DNA of 63,469 nucleotides, the filler included, from Nemertoderma westbladi (lineage: Eukaryota > Animalia > Xenacoelomorpha): assembly GCA_032718475.1 (NCBI GenBank). It is 3 parts of 3 records of this genome, joined end to end, with 100 filler letters (N's around TTAATTAATTAA, not from the genome) between each part and the next. Parts side by side here need not be neighbours in the genome. Positions count along the whole stretch, not along the records: positions 1 to 28,939 come from JAUCBJ010006313.1; 2 more parts are not named here. The stretch is one strand, 5' to 3'. A program made the position numbers and the translations under genes. Below, piece after piece: positions 10,831 to 22,853 of this stretch. The notes under the pieces are model-generated. The model was not told the origin of the DNA. It worked only from the letters and a program-made list of their open reading frames with translations, and ran no database searches. Position 1 is the stretch's first letter; every line of letters starts with the position of its first letter.

Positions 10831-13800
10831 CTAGGTGAGTGCCCTGGATGAGTGTTTAGGTGTGAGTGCCCCTGCCCTGGATGAGTATTTAGGTGTGAGT
10901 GCCTCTGCCCTGGATGAGTGTTCGTAAGTGAGTGTTTCCAGGTTGGGGTGTCCGGGTAAGTGTTCCTAAGTGAGTGCCTTGGGCGAGTGATCCTTCCCTG
11001 CGTGAGTGTTCCTTAAGTGAGTGCCTTGGGCGAGTGCTCCTGCTCTGGGTGAGTGTTCCTATGTGAGTGTTTCCAGGTCGGTGTGTCCGGGTGAGTGTTC
11101 CTTAGTGAGTGCCCTGGGTGAGTGTTCCTAAGTGAGTGTTTCCATGTCGGGGTGCCCGGGTGAGTGTTCCTGAGTGAGTGCCCTGCTTGAGTGCTCCTGT
11201 CCTGGTTCCGCGTGAGTGCCCTGTGGGCAAGTGTTTCTGGGTGAGTGCTCTGTGGGCGAGTGTTTCTGGGTGAGTGTCGTGTGGGCGAGTGTTTCTGGGA
11301 GAGTACCATGTTGGCGAGTGTTTCTGAGTGAGTGCCCTGTGGTCGAGTGTTTCTGGGTGAGTGCCCTGTGGGCGAGTGTTTCTGGGTGAATGCCCTGTGC
11401 GTGAGTATTTAGGTGTGAGTGCCTCTGCCCTGGGTGAGTGTTCCTATGTGAGTGTTTCCAGGTCGGGGTGTCCGGGTGAGTGTTCCTGAGTGAGTGCCCT
11501 GGGTGAGTGTTCTTAAGTGAGTGCCTTGGGCGAGTGCTCCTGCCCTGGGTGAGTGTTCCTAAGTGGGTGTTTCCATGTCGGGGTGTCCGGGTGAGTGTTC
11601 CTGAGTAAGTGCCCTGGTTGAGTGCTCCTGCCCTGGTTCCGCGTGAGTGCCCTGTGGGCAAGTGTTTCTGGGTGAGTGCTCTGTGGGCGAGTGTTTCTGG
11701 GTGAGTGTCCTGTGGGGGAGTGTTTCTGGGTGAGTACCATGTTGGCGAGTGTTTCTGGGTGAGTGACCTGTGGGCGAGTGTTTCTGGGCGAGTGTTTCTG
11801 GGTGAATGCCCTGTGGGTGAGCGTTTATGGGTGAGTGCCCTGTGGGCGAGTGTTTCTGGGTGAGTGCCATGTAGGTGAGTGTCCTAGGTGAGTGTTTCTG
11901 GGTGAATGTCCTGTGGGCGAGTGTTTCTGGGTGATTGCCCAGTGGGCAAGTGTTTCTGGGTGAGTGTCCTGTGGGCGAGTGTTTCTGCGTGAGTGCCCTG
12001 TGGGCGAGTGTTTCTGGGTGAGTGCCCTGTGGGCGAGTGTTTCTGGGTGAGCGCCCTGTGGGCGAGTGTTTCTGGGTGAATGCCCTGTGGGTGAGTGTTT
12101 ATTGGTTAGTGCCCTGTGGGCGAGTGTTTCTAGGTGAGCGCCCTGTGGGCGAGTGTTTCTGGGTGAATGCCCTGTGGGTGAGTGTTTATGGGCGAGTGTT
12201 TCTGGGTGAGTGCCATGTAGGTGAGTGCCCTATTGGCGAGTGTCTTGGGTGAGTGCCCTATGGGCGAGTGTCTTGGTTGAGTGCCCTATGGGCGAGTGTT
12301 TCTGGGTGAGTGCCCAGTGGGCGATAGTTTCTGGGTGAGTGCCCTGTGGGCGAGTGTTTCTGTGTGAGTACCCTGTGGGCGAGTGTTTCTGGGTGAGTAC
12401 CCTGTGGGCGAGTATTTCTTGGTGAGTGCCCTGTGGGTGAGTGTTTCTGGGTGAGTGCCCTGTGGGCGAGTGTTTCTGGGTGAGTGTCGTGTGGGCGAGT
12501 GTTTCTGGGTGAGTGCCCAGTGGGCGATAGTTTCTGGGTGAGTGCCCTGTGGGCGAGTGTTTCTGTGTGAGTACCCTGTGGGCGAGTGTTTCTGGGTGAG
12601 TACCCTGTGGGCGAGTATTTCTTGGTGAGTGCCCTGTGGGTGAGTGTTTCTGGGTGAGTGCCCTGTGGGCGAGTGTTTCTGGGTGAGTGTCGTGTGGGCG
12701 AGTGTTTCTAGGTGAGTGCCCTATGGGCAAGTGTTTCTGGGTGAGTGCCAAGTGGGCGGGTGTTTCTGGGTCAGTGTCCTGTGGGCGAGTGTTTCTGCGT
12801 GAGTGCCCTGTGGGGAAGTGTTTCTGGGTGAGTGCCCTGTCGGCGAATGTTTCTGGGTGAGTGCCCTGTTGGCGAGTGTTTATGGGTGAGTGCCCTGTGG
12901 GCGAGTGTTTCTGGGTGAGTGCCATGTAGGTGAGTGTCCTAGGTGAGTGTTTCTGGGTGAATGTCCTGTGGGCGAGTGTTTCTGGGTGATTGCCCAGTGG
13001 GCAAGTGTTTCTGGGTGAGTGTCCTGTGGGCGAGTGTTTTTGCGTGAGTGCCCTGTGGGCGAGTGTTTCTGGGTGAGTGCCCTGTGGGCGAGTGTTTCTG
13101 GGTGAGCGCCCTGTGGGCGAGTGTTTCTGGGTGAATGCCCTGTGGGTGAGTGTTTATTGGTGAGTGCCCTGTGGGCGAGTGTTTCTGGGTGAGCGCCCTG
13201 TGGGCGAGTGTTTCTGGGTGAATGCCCTGTGGGTGAGTGTTTATGGGCGAGTGTTTCTGGGTGAGTGCCATGTAGGTGAGTGCCCTATTGGCGAGTGTCT
13301 TGGGTGAGTGCCCTATGGGCGAGTGTCTTGGTTGAGTGCCCTATGGGCGAGTGTTTCTGGGTGAGTGCCCAGTGGGCGATAGTTTCTGGGTGAGTGCCCT
13401 GTGGGCGAGTGTTTCTGTGTGAGTACCCTGTGGGCGAGTGTTTCTGGGTGAGTACCCTGTGGGCGAGTATTTCTTGGTGAGTGCCCTGTGGGTGAGTGTT
13501 TCTGGGTGAGTGCCCTGTGGGCGAGTGTTTCTGGGTGAGTCTCGTGTGGGCGAGTCTTTCTAGGTGAGTGCCCTATGGGCGAGTGTTTCTGGGTGAATGC
13601 CCTGTGGGTGAGTGTTTATGGGTGAGTGCCCTGTGGGCGAGTGTTTCTGGGTGAGTGCCATGTAGGTGAGTGTCCTGGGTGAGTGCCCTGTGGGCGAGTG
13701 TCTTGGGTGAGTGCCCTGTGGGCGAGTGTTTCTGGGAGAGTGCCCAGAGGGCGAGTGTTTCTGGGTGAGTGCCCTGTGGGCGAGTGTTTCTGGGTGAGTA

Positions 13801-16800
13801 CCCTGTGGGCGAGTGTTTCTGGGTGAGTGCCATGTAGGTGAGTGTCCTGGTTGAGTGCCCTGTGGGCGAGTGTCTTGGGTGAGTGCCCTGTGGGCGAGTG
13901 TTTCTGGGTGAGTGCCCAGTGGGGGAATGTTTCTGGGTGAGTGTCTTGTGGGCGAGTATTTCTGGGAGAATGCCCTGTGGGTGAGAGTTTATGGGTGAGT
14001 GCCCTTTGGGCGAGTGCCATGTGTGCGATTGTTTCTGCGTGAGTGCCCTGTGGGCAAGTGTTTCTGGGTGAGTGCCCTTTAGGCGTTTGTTTTTGCGTGA
14101 ATGCCCTGTGGGCAAGTGTTTCTGGGTGAGTGCCAAGTGGGCGGGTGTTTCTGGGTCAGTGTCCTGTGGGCGAGTGTTTCTGCGTGAGTGCCCTGTGGGG
14201 AAGTGTTTCTGGGTGAGTGCCCTGTCGGCGAATGTTTCTGGGTGAGTGCCCTGTTGGCGAGTGTTTATGGGTGAGTGCCCTGTGGGCGAGTGTTTCTGGG
14301 TGAGTGCCATGTAGGTGAGTGTCCTAGGTGAGTGTTTCTGGGTGAATGTCCTGTGGGCGAGTGTTTCTGGGTGATTGCCCAGTGGGAAAGTGTTTCTGGG
14401 TGAGTGTCCTGTGGGCGAGTGTTTCTGCGTGAGTGCCCTGTGGGCGAGTGTTTCTGGGTGAGTGCCCTGTGGGCGAGTGTTTCTGGGTGAGCGCCCTGTG
14501 GGCGAGTGTTTCTGGGTGAATGCCCTGTGGGTGAGTGTTTATTGGTGAGTGCCCTGTGGGCGAGTGTTTCTGGGTGAGCGCCCTATGGGCGAGTGTTTCT
14601 GGGTGAATGCCCTGTGGGTGAGTGTTTATGGGCGAGTGTTTCTGGGTGAGTGCCATGTAGGTGAGTGCCCTATTGGCGAGTGTCTTGGGTGAGTGCCCTA
14701 TGGGCGAGTGTCTTGGTTGAGTGCCCTATGGGCGAGTGTTTCTGGGTGAGTGCCCAGTGGGCGATAGTTTCTGGGTGAGTGCCCTGTGGGTGAGTGTTTC
14801 TGTGTGAGTACCCTGTGGGCGAGTGTTTCTGGGTGAGTACCCTGTGGGCGAGTATTTCTTGGTGAGTGCCCTGTGGGTGAGTGTTTCTGGGTGAGTGCCC
14901 TGTGGGCGAGTGTTTCTGGGTGAGTGTCGTGTGGGCGAGTGTTTCTAGGTGAGTGCCCTATGGGCGAGTGTTTCTGGGTGAATGCCCTGTGGGTGAGTGT
15001 TTATGAGTGAGTGCCCTGTGGGCGAGTGTTTCTGGGTGAGTGCCATGTAGGTGAGTGTCCTGGGTGAGTGCCCTGTGGGCGAGTGTCTTGGGTGAGTGCC
15101 CTGTGGGCGAGTGTTTCTGGGTGAGTGCCCAGAGGGCGAGTGTTTCTGGGTGAGTGCCCTGTGGGCGAGTGTTTCTGGGTGAGTACCCTGTGGGCGAGTG
15201 TTTCTGGGTGAGTGCCATGTAGGTGAGTGTCCTGGTTGAGTGCCCTGTGGGCGAGTGTCTTGGGTGAGTGCCCTGTGGGCGAGTGTTTCTGGGTGAGTGC
15301 CCAGTGGGGGAATGTTTCTGGGTGAGTGTCCTGTGGGCGAGTATTTCTGGGAGAATGCCCTGTGGGTGAGAGTTTATGGGTGAGTGCCCTTTGGGCGAGT
15401 GCCATGTGGGCGATTGTTTCTGCGTGAGTGCCCTGCGGGCAAGTGTTTCTGGGTGAGTGCCCTTTAGGCGTTTGTTTCTGCGTGAATGCCCTGTGGGCAA
15501 GTGTTTCTGGGTGGAGTGCCAAGTGGGCGGGTGTTTCTGGGTCAGTGTCCTGTGGGCGAGTGTTTCTGCGTGAGTGCCCTGTGGGGAAGTGTTTCTGGGT
15601 GAGTGCCCTGTCGGCGAATGTTTCTGGGTGAGTGCCCTGTTGGCGAGTGTTTATGGGTGAGTGCCCTGTGGGCGAGTGTTTCTGGGTGAGTGTCATGTAG
15701 GTGAGTGTCCTAGGTGAGTGTTTCTGGGTGAATGTCCTGTGGGCGAGTGTTTCTGGGTGATTGCCCAGTGGGCAAGTGTTTCTGGGTGAGTGTCCTGTGG
15801 GCGAGTGTTTCTGCGTGAGTGCCCTGTGGGCGAGTGTTTCTGGGTGAGTGCCCTGTGGGCGAGTGTTTCTGGGTGAGCGCCCTGTGGGCGAGTGTTTCTG
15901 GGTGAATGCCCTGTGGGTGAGTGTTTATTGGTGAGTGCCCTGTGGGCGAGTGTTTCTGGGTGAGCGCCCTGTGGGCGAGTGTTTCTGGGTGAATGCCCTG
16001 TGGGTGAGTGTTTATGGGCGAGTGTTTCTGGGTGAGTGCCATGTAGGTGAGTGCCCTATTGGCGAGTGTCTTGGGTGAGTGCCCTATGGGCGAGTGTCTT
16101 GGTTGAGTGCCCTATGGGCGAGTGTTTCTGGGTGAGTGCCCAGTGGGCGATAGTTTCTGGGTGAGTGCCCTGTGGGCGAGTGTTTCTGTGTGAGTACCCT
16201 GTGGGCGAGTGTTTCTGGGTGAGTACCCTGTGGGCGAGTATTTCTTGGTGAGTGCCCTGTGGGTGAGTGTTTCTGGGTGAGTGCCCTGTGGGCGAGTGTT
16301 TCTGGGTGAGTGTCGTGTGGGCGAGTGTTTCTAGGTGAGTGCCCTATGGGCGAGTGTTTCTGGGTGAATGCCCTGTAGGTGAGTGTTTATGGGTGAGTGC
16401 CCTGTGGGCGAGTGTTTCTGGGTGAGTGCCATGTAGGTGAGTGTCCTGGGTGAGTGCCCTGTGGGCGAGTGTCTTGGGTGAGTGCCCTGTGGGCGAGTGT
16501 TTCTGGGTGAGTGCCCAGAGGGCGAGTGTTTCTGGGTGAGTGCCCTGTGGGCGAGTGTTTCTGGGTGAGTACCCTGTGGGCGAGTGTTTCTGGGTGAGTG
16601 CCATGTAGGTGAGTGTCCTGGTTGAGTGCCCTGTGGGCGAGTGTCTTGGGTGAGTGCCCTGTGGGCGAGTGTTTCTGGGTGAGTGCCCAGTGGGGGAATG
16701 TTTCTGGGTGAGTGTCCTGTGGGCGAGTATTTCTGGGAGAATGCCCTGTGGGTGAGAGTTTATGGGTGAGTGCCCTTTGGGCGAGTGCCATGTGGGCGAT

Positions 16801-18860
16801 TGTTTCTGCGTGAGTGCCCTGCGGGCAAGTGTTTCTGGGTGAGTGCCCTTTAGGCGTTTGTTTCTGCGTGAATGCCCTGTGGGCAAGTGTTTCTGGGTGG
16901 AGTGCCAAGTGGGCGGGTGTTTCTGGGTCAGTGTCCTGTGGGCGAGTGTTTCTGCGTGAGTGCCCTGTGGGGAAGTGTTTCTGGGTGAGTGCCCTGTCGG
17001 CGAATGTTTCTGGGTGAGTGCCCTGTTGGCGAGTGTTTATGGGTGAGTGCCCTGTGGGCGAGTGTTTCTGGGTGAGTGTCATGTAGGTGAGTGTCCTAGG
17101 TGAGTGTTTCTGGGTGAATGTCCTGTGGGCGAGTGTTTCTGGGTGATTGCCCAGTGGGCAAGTGTTTCTGGGTGAGTGTCCTGTGGGCGAGTGTTTCTGC
17201 GTGAGTGCCCTGTGGGCGAGTGTTTCTGGGTGAGTGCCCTGTGGGCGAGTGTTTCTGGGTGAGCGCCCTGTGGGCGAGTGTTTCTGGGTGAATGCCCTGT
17301 GGGTGAGTGTTTATTGGTGAGTGCCCTGTGGGCGAGTGTTTCTGGGTGAGCGCCCTGTGGGCGAGTGTTTCTGGGTGAATGCCCTGTGGGTGAGTGTTTA
17401 TGGGCGAGTGTTTCTGGGTGAGTGCCATGTAGGTGAGTGCCCTATTGGCGAGTGTCTTGGGTGAGTGCCCTATGGGCGAGTGTCTTGGTTGAGTGCCCTA
17501 TGGGCGAGTGTTTCTGGGTGAGTGCCCAGTGGGCGATAGTTTCTGGGTGAGTGCCCTGTGGGCGAGTGTTTCTGTGTGAGTACCCTGTGGGCGAGTGTTT
17601 CTGGGTGAGTACCCTGTGGGCGAGTATTTCTTGGTGAGTGCCCTGTGGGTGAGTGTTTCTGGGTGAGTGCCCTGTGGGCGAGTGTTTCTGGGTGAGTGTC
17701 GTGTGGGCGAGTGTTTCTAGGTGAGTGCCCTATGGGCGAGTGTTTCTGGGTGAATGCCCTGTAGGTGAGTGTTTATGGGTGAGTGCCCTGTGGGCGAGTG
17801 TTTCTGGGTGAGTGCCATGTAGGTGAGTGTCCTGGGTGAGTGCCCTGTGGGCGAGTGTCTTGGGTGAGTGCCCTGTGGGCGAGTGTTTCTGGGTGAGTGC
17901 CCAGAGGGCGAGTGTTTCTGGGTGAGTGCCCTGTGGGCGAGTGTTTCTGGGTGAGTACCCTGTGGGCGTGTGTTTCTGGGTGAGTGCCATGTAGGTGAGT
18001 GTCCTGGTTGAGTGCCCTGTGGGCGAGTGTCTTGGGTGAGTGCCCTGTGGGCGAGTGTTTCTGGGTGAGTGCCCAGTGGGGAATGTTTCTGGGTGAGTGT
18101 CCTGTGGGCGAGTATTTCTGGGAGAATGCCCTGTGGGTGAGAGTTTATGGGTGAGTGCCCTTTGGGCGAGTGCCATGTGGGCGATTGTTTCTGCGTGAGT
18201 GCCCTGTGGGCAAGTGTTTCTGGGTGAGTGCCCTTTAGGCGTTTGTTTCTGCGTGAATGCCCTGTGGGCAAGTGTTTCTGGGTGAGTGCCAAGTGGGCGG
18301 GTGTTTCTGGGTCAGTGTCCTGTGGGCGAGTGTTTCTGCGTGAGTGCCCTGTGGGGAAGTGTTTCTGGGTGAGTGCCCTGTCGGCGAATGTTTCTGGGTG
18401 AGTGCCCTGTTGGCGAGTGTTTCTGGGTGAGTGCCAAGTGGGCGAGTGTTTCTGGGTGAGTGTCCTGTAGGCGAGTGTTTCTTGGTGAGTGTCCAGTGGG
18501 CGAGTGTTACTGGACGTGAGTTTCTGCGTGAGTGCCCTGTGGGTGAGTGTTTCTGGGTGAGTGGTCTGTGGGCGAGTGTTTCTGGGTGAGTGTTTCTGGG
18601 TGAGTGCCTTGTGGGCGAGTGTTTCTGGATGAGTGCCCTGTGGGCGAGTGTTTCTGGGTGAATGCCCTGTGGGTGAGTGTTTATGGGAGAGTGCCCTGTG
18701 GGCGGGTGTTTCTTGGTGAGTGCCATGTTGGTGAGTGTCCTGGGTGAGTGCCCTGTGGGCGAGTCTCTTGGGTGAGTGCGGGTGAGTGCCCTGTGGGCCA
18801 GTGTTTCTGGGTGAGTGCCAAGGGCGAGTGTTTCTGGGTTAAGTGTCCTTAGGTGGGTGT
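10831..18860. repeat. GT-rich 29-bp satellite with ~1386-bp higher-order repeat
   Basis: Monomer GAGTGTTTCTGGGT-GAGTGCCCTGTGGGC (14+15 bp). Landmark GTCCTAGGTGAG at 11881, 12936, 14321, 15707, 17093 (spacings 1055, 1385, 1386, 1386). Edges are more diverged. Confidence 0.97.
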
Positions 18861-18884
18861 CTCTGGAAGGCAGAAGGACCTTTA

Positions 18885-19292
18885 TGTTTACGATGGTATG
18901 GTAACAAGATGGTTTCTCGTATGGCGTTTATTATTAGTAACAAATAAGGGTAGAGCCCAGAAAGTTAATTAATATTACTACAATAATATTCAGTGAACAA
19001 TAAATGAAACCATACCGATATATATAATACAATCACCTAATGTATTATAGGCAAACCAATAATAATGATAATCAGCTGATCGCCAGCTGTGCATTCTCAT
19101 CTGTTCTGGCTCAGGCCAATTACATGATCGCCATAGTACTCCCTCCCAGCGACGCTTACCGGCCAGAGTTGGAAGGTGATACCAACACGGACCTGTATGC
19201 GGAGAGATACAATTATAGTTTATTTAACAATTTCCTTCACCATTAAGTATGACACACAATATGATATTCTGAATACTATGATATACTGTTCA
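18885..19292 (-). repeat. Candidate 3' LTR of the Gypsy element
   Basis: On the minus strand the integrase end is followed by a purine-rich GAGGGACTA, then TG (19292) ... AATAAA ... CA (18885). No second LTR in the window to confirm the boundaries. Confidence 0.45.
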
Positions 19293-19319
19293 TAGTCCCT
19301 CGAACTTTACCGGGTGGTC

Positions 19320-22170
19320 TCACCGCCCTGCCGACCTGGTGGCTGGCAACACCGCCGGCAGTGCCATCCCATACGCCACCTTCAATCTGTCTATAGAAAC
19401 CACGTCCTTCTTCCCGTTGATGTTGAGGATGAAGGCCTTCTCCCCAACCAATAGGACACGGAAAGGGCCTTTGTATGGCCTGGTAAGGGGTGGTGAGCGC
19501 GCGTCAACACGCACAAATACCCATCCTGTGTTGGCTAGGTCTTGTGACACGTGTGCCGGTGGTTTGTGAGGATGGATAGGTGGGGGTGGTTGTAGTTGTT
19601 GCATGACCCTGCGGAGTTCGTCGACGAAGGGTTGAGTCGGTTGTGTGGCCCTGTCTACTGTCTCCGACGACACAAAATCCCTGGGGAGCGTTAAAGCCGT
19701 GCCGTAGGTGAGGTCCGCCGCCGAACACTCTGGGTCTTCTCTCCACACAGTGCGCATGTGGAGGAGCGCAAACGGCAAGTGCGTCATCCAGGTGGCCCCG
19801 GCGGCCTCGCACCTGGCCTCCAGCGTCGTCTTCAGCTGTCGGTGTATTCTCTCCACCATCCCATTGGCTTGCGGGTGGTCCCCTGTCCGATGTAAGGTCC
19901 GTCGGAACCCCGAAACGGGCAATCCAGCCTCTTAGCAAGGCCGACGCGCACTCCTCAGCCGTTGCTCTCACCATGGGGATGGCTTCCGGCCATCGGGAGA
20001 ACCGGTCTACAACTGTGAATAGGTAGTTGTATCCCTCAGACGTCAGCAGGGGGCCGACTATGTCAACATGGAGTAATCCGAAACGGCAATTCGGTGGTGG
20101 TCGCGTGACTAGAGGGGCCTTGTTGTGTCTCGCGACCTTGGATGCTTGGCACTGTAAGCATTCTTTACACCACCGTCTCACGTCTTTCTTCTGTCCATGC
20201 CACACGAACCTCATTGTCACGGCCTTTTGTGTTGGGCGAACTGCGGCGTGGCCCAAGCCGTGTACCACGTCGAAAGCCCTCTTGGTCCACTCTTTTGGGA
20301 GGACAGGACGGTTCAGTCCGGTAGAATCGTCGCAGAGTATGGATAACCCATTATCAAATGGCACATCAATGAGATGGAGTCCTGAGATGGCGGTTCGATA
20401 CGCGGCGATCTCCTCACTGAACGACTGATCTCGGGATAGCAATTGGTAATCCATTCCTCTTACCGGGTGAACTGTTGAGAGCAACGGAGGTGTTGGACTA
20501 TCCGGAGTGGCGCGGGAGAGAGCGTCCGGCAGAGGCCAATGCACCGGTTAGCGGGCGGTGATCTGTTAAGATGTGGAAACTCTGGCCCTCTAGGTGATGT
20601 TGGAAAGCCTTGATGGACAGGTAGACAGCCAATAATTCTCTGTCGAACGTCGAGTACTTCATTTCCGCCGGTTTGAGTTTCTTCGAGTAGAAAGAGACTG
20701 GTGCCCACAACCCCGATGGCTGCAATTGAGACAACTCGGCACCTACTGCCAAGCCGGAGGCATCCGTAGTAACGCGCGTTTGCGCACGAGAGTTTGGGTG
20801 TATTAGGAGGACTGCAGATGCGAGGACATCTTTGGCAGCGTTGAAAGCGGCCACGCACTCGACGGAGAAGAAGAAGTGGGATGGTTTCTTGACCCTGACC
20901 GCCTCGTAGAGGGGACGGAGAACACCGGCTAGACCAGGAACGAATCGGTGGTAATAATTGATGACGCCCAGAAAGCGTTGTAGATCCACCTTGGACTTTG
21001 GCGCCGCGTACTCCTTGATCGCATTTACTCTTGTCGGCAATGGCGCAATACCTTCGCAGGTAACCCTGTGGCCCAAGTAGTTGAGTTCAGTGGCCCCGAG
21101 GACACTCTTGATCTTGTTTATGACGAGGCCATTGTTTCTGAGAAGGCGTAGAACCGTGTGGAGATATTCTTCGTGTTCGTCGTTGCTGTTGCTCACGATC
21201 AGCACGTCATCTAGATATACAAAAACGAAGGGGAGTCCCTGGAGTACTCAGGACATTAGGCGTTGAAACGCTTGTGCTGCGTTCCTAAGTCCGAAAGGCA
21301 TGCGGACAAACTCCCAGAGACCGGACGGTGTGATTATCGCAGTCTTGGGAATGTCCACGGCCGCCATGGGGATCTGGTTGTAGCCTTTGATTAGGTCCAG
21401 TTTGGAAAAGACAGTGCATCCGGCGACGTTGACGTTAAAGTCTTGTACGTGTGGTAGGGGATAGCGGTCGTCTTCTGTGACTTCGTTTAGTCTCCGGTAG
21501 TCACCACACAGCCTCCACGACCCGTCTGGTTTCGGTACCATGTGTAATGGGCTGGCCCAAGGCGAGGACGATGGGCGGATGATTCCGGCGGCTTCCATCT
21601 TCGCGAACTCCGCCTTGGCCGCCGCTAACTTGTCTGTGTTCAATCTTCGCACCCTGGCAAACACAGGCGGCCAGTGGGTCGGTATGTAATGTTCTACTCT
21701 GTGTTTGTTAGGGGCTCCCACCTCGAAGCGGGGGACGAGCACCTCGGGGTAGTCCGCCAAGATGGCGTCAAAGCGGGAGAGCCAGGAAACTCGGAGCCCG
21801 GCGAGGATGGTAGAGAGTGAGGCCGGTGTGCCATACACCGAGTATCCGTGGTCGAGGTTAACGAGCTGGCGTCCTCTCATGTCGATTGTGAAACCAAATG
21901 ACGCGAAGAAATCGGCGCCGAGGATCGCCTCAGCGACGTCAGCGACGATGAAATCGTGTGTTAAGAGTTTGTCTCCCTCGGTGGAGGACCTGAGAGATAC
22001 ACCAAAGTTAGACTCGCCCCATGCTCGTATCTTGGAGCCGTTTGCTGCGACCAGAAGTTGAGGATTCGGGTTCGTGGCGTTGACGTTCGCGGTTCGCGGT
22101 CTACTATTCTCATCGTATACCTCTTCTTTGTGCCGACCGCTCCGATAATTAGCGGCCGGCCTAATCGTTT
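19320..22170 (-). pseudogene. Gypsy pol (protease-RT-RNaseH-integrase), disrupted
   Basis: Split among ORFs 21248-21880, 20498-21205, 19504-20544 and 19320-19922; protease catalytic DTG motif not present. Confidence 0.9.
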
Positions 22171-22853
22171 CCCGGCAGTTCTGTTACATCCATTGAGTTG
22201 TACGCTGGGGACCCCTCTTCATATAGCACGTTCATGTTACTGCAGAAACGGCAGCCATCCCCTTTGCATCTGTTCGCTCTGCGTCCAAAGGTTTTGTGAT
22301 AGTAACACAGCCCATTGGAGAGCTCCACTGTGTTGAAAGAGGAGGGGAAAGGGCGTCCCTGCTGTTGGCGACCGCCGCCGCTTCAGCCCGACTGCCCCGA
22401 GTTATACCTGTTCCCTCCAAAACCTCCATTGTTACCGCCTCGTCCACCGCCGCATCGCCCCCCGCCGGAACTGACAGCGTTTATGCCGGGCTGACCTTTG
22501 GCCTCTAATACCTTGTCGCACATCGCTGCAAAATCTTCGCCAGTGGTGGTGTCAGTGACCGTGGTTGAAACGATTGCACCCATGTCCTTGGGCAGCTGGG
22601 AGACGAACAAAGCGTGCAGGAGGGTGTCGGCGTTCCCGTCAGAGAGCGACTGCAAGTACCTCCAGTAGGATGATGGCTTCCGGTCACCGAGGCCGGTTAG
22701 GTTCAGCAATTCTTTGTCCTTGGAGGCCTGGGTCTGTGCGTAGGCGGAGATTAGCGCCTCCTTGAGGGTCTGGTACCTGGTGCCTGCAACCTGGGGGTGC
22801 TCCAGGATGTGGCGTACCTCTGCCGCCGCGACGCCATCGAGTGCGGTTATCAA
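22161..22853 (-). pseudogene. Gypsy gag, disrupted
   Basis: ORF 22383-22853 (YQTLKEALI...LGDRKPS) followed by the Cys/His motif CYYHKTFGRRANRCKGDGC and ending ELPGND* at 22161. Confidence 0.85.
22167..22173 (-). promoter_or_regulatory. Candidate -1 ribosomal frameshift slippery site G GGA AAC at the gag/pol junction
   Basis: Correctly phased X XXY YYZ heptamer one codon before the gag TAG; the -1 frame stays open (GKRLGRPLIIGAVG); GC-rich self-complementary GGCCGGCC just downstream. Confidence 0.7.

Noticed and set aside
11013-18726. Many His/Thr/Pro-rich ORFs (THPETLAHRALTQKHSP repeats)
   Set aside because: Translations of the 29-bp satellite; the period is not a multiple of 3 and the same peptide cycles through all frames.
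10831-18860. CRISPR array
   Set aside because: No unique spacers, no cas genes, eukaryotic context. The same applies to the 147-bp array.
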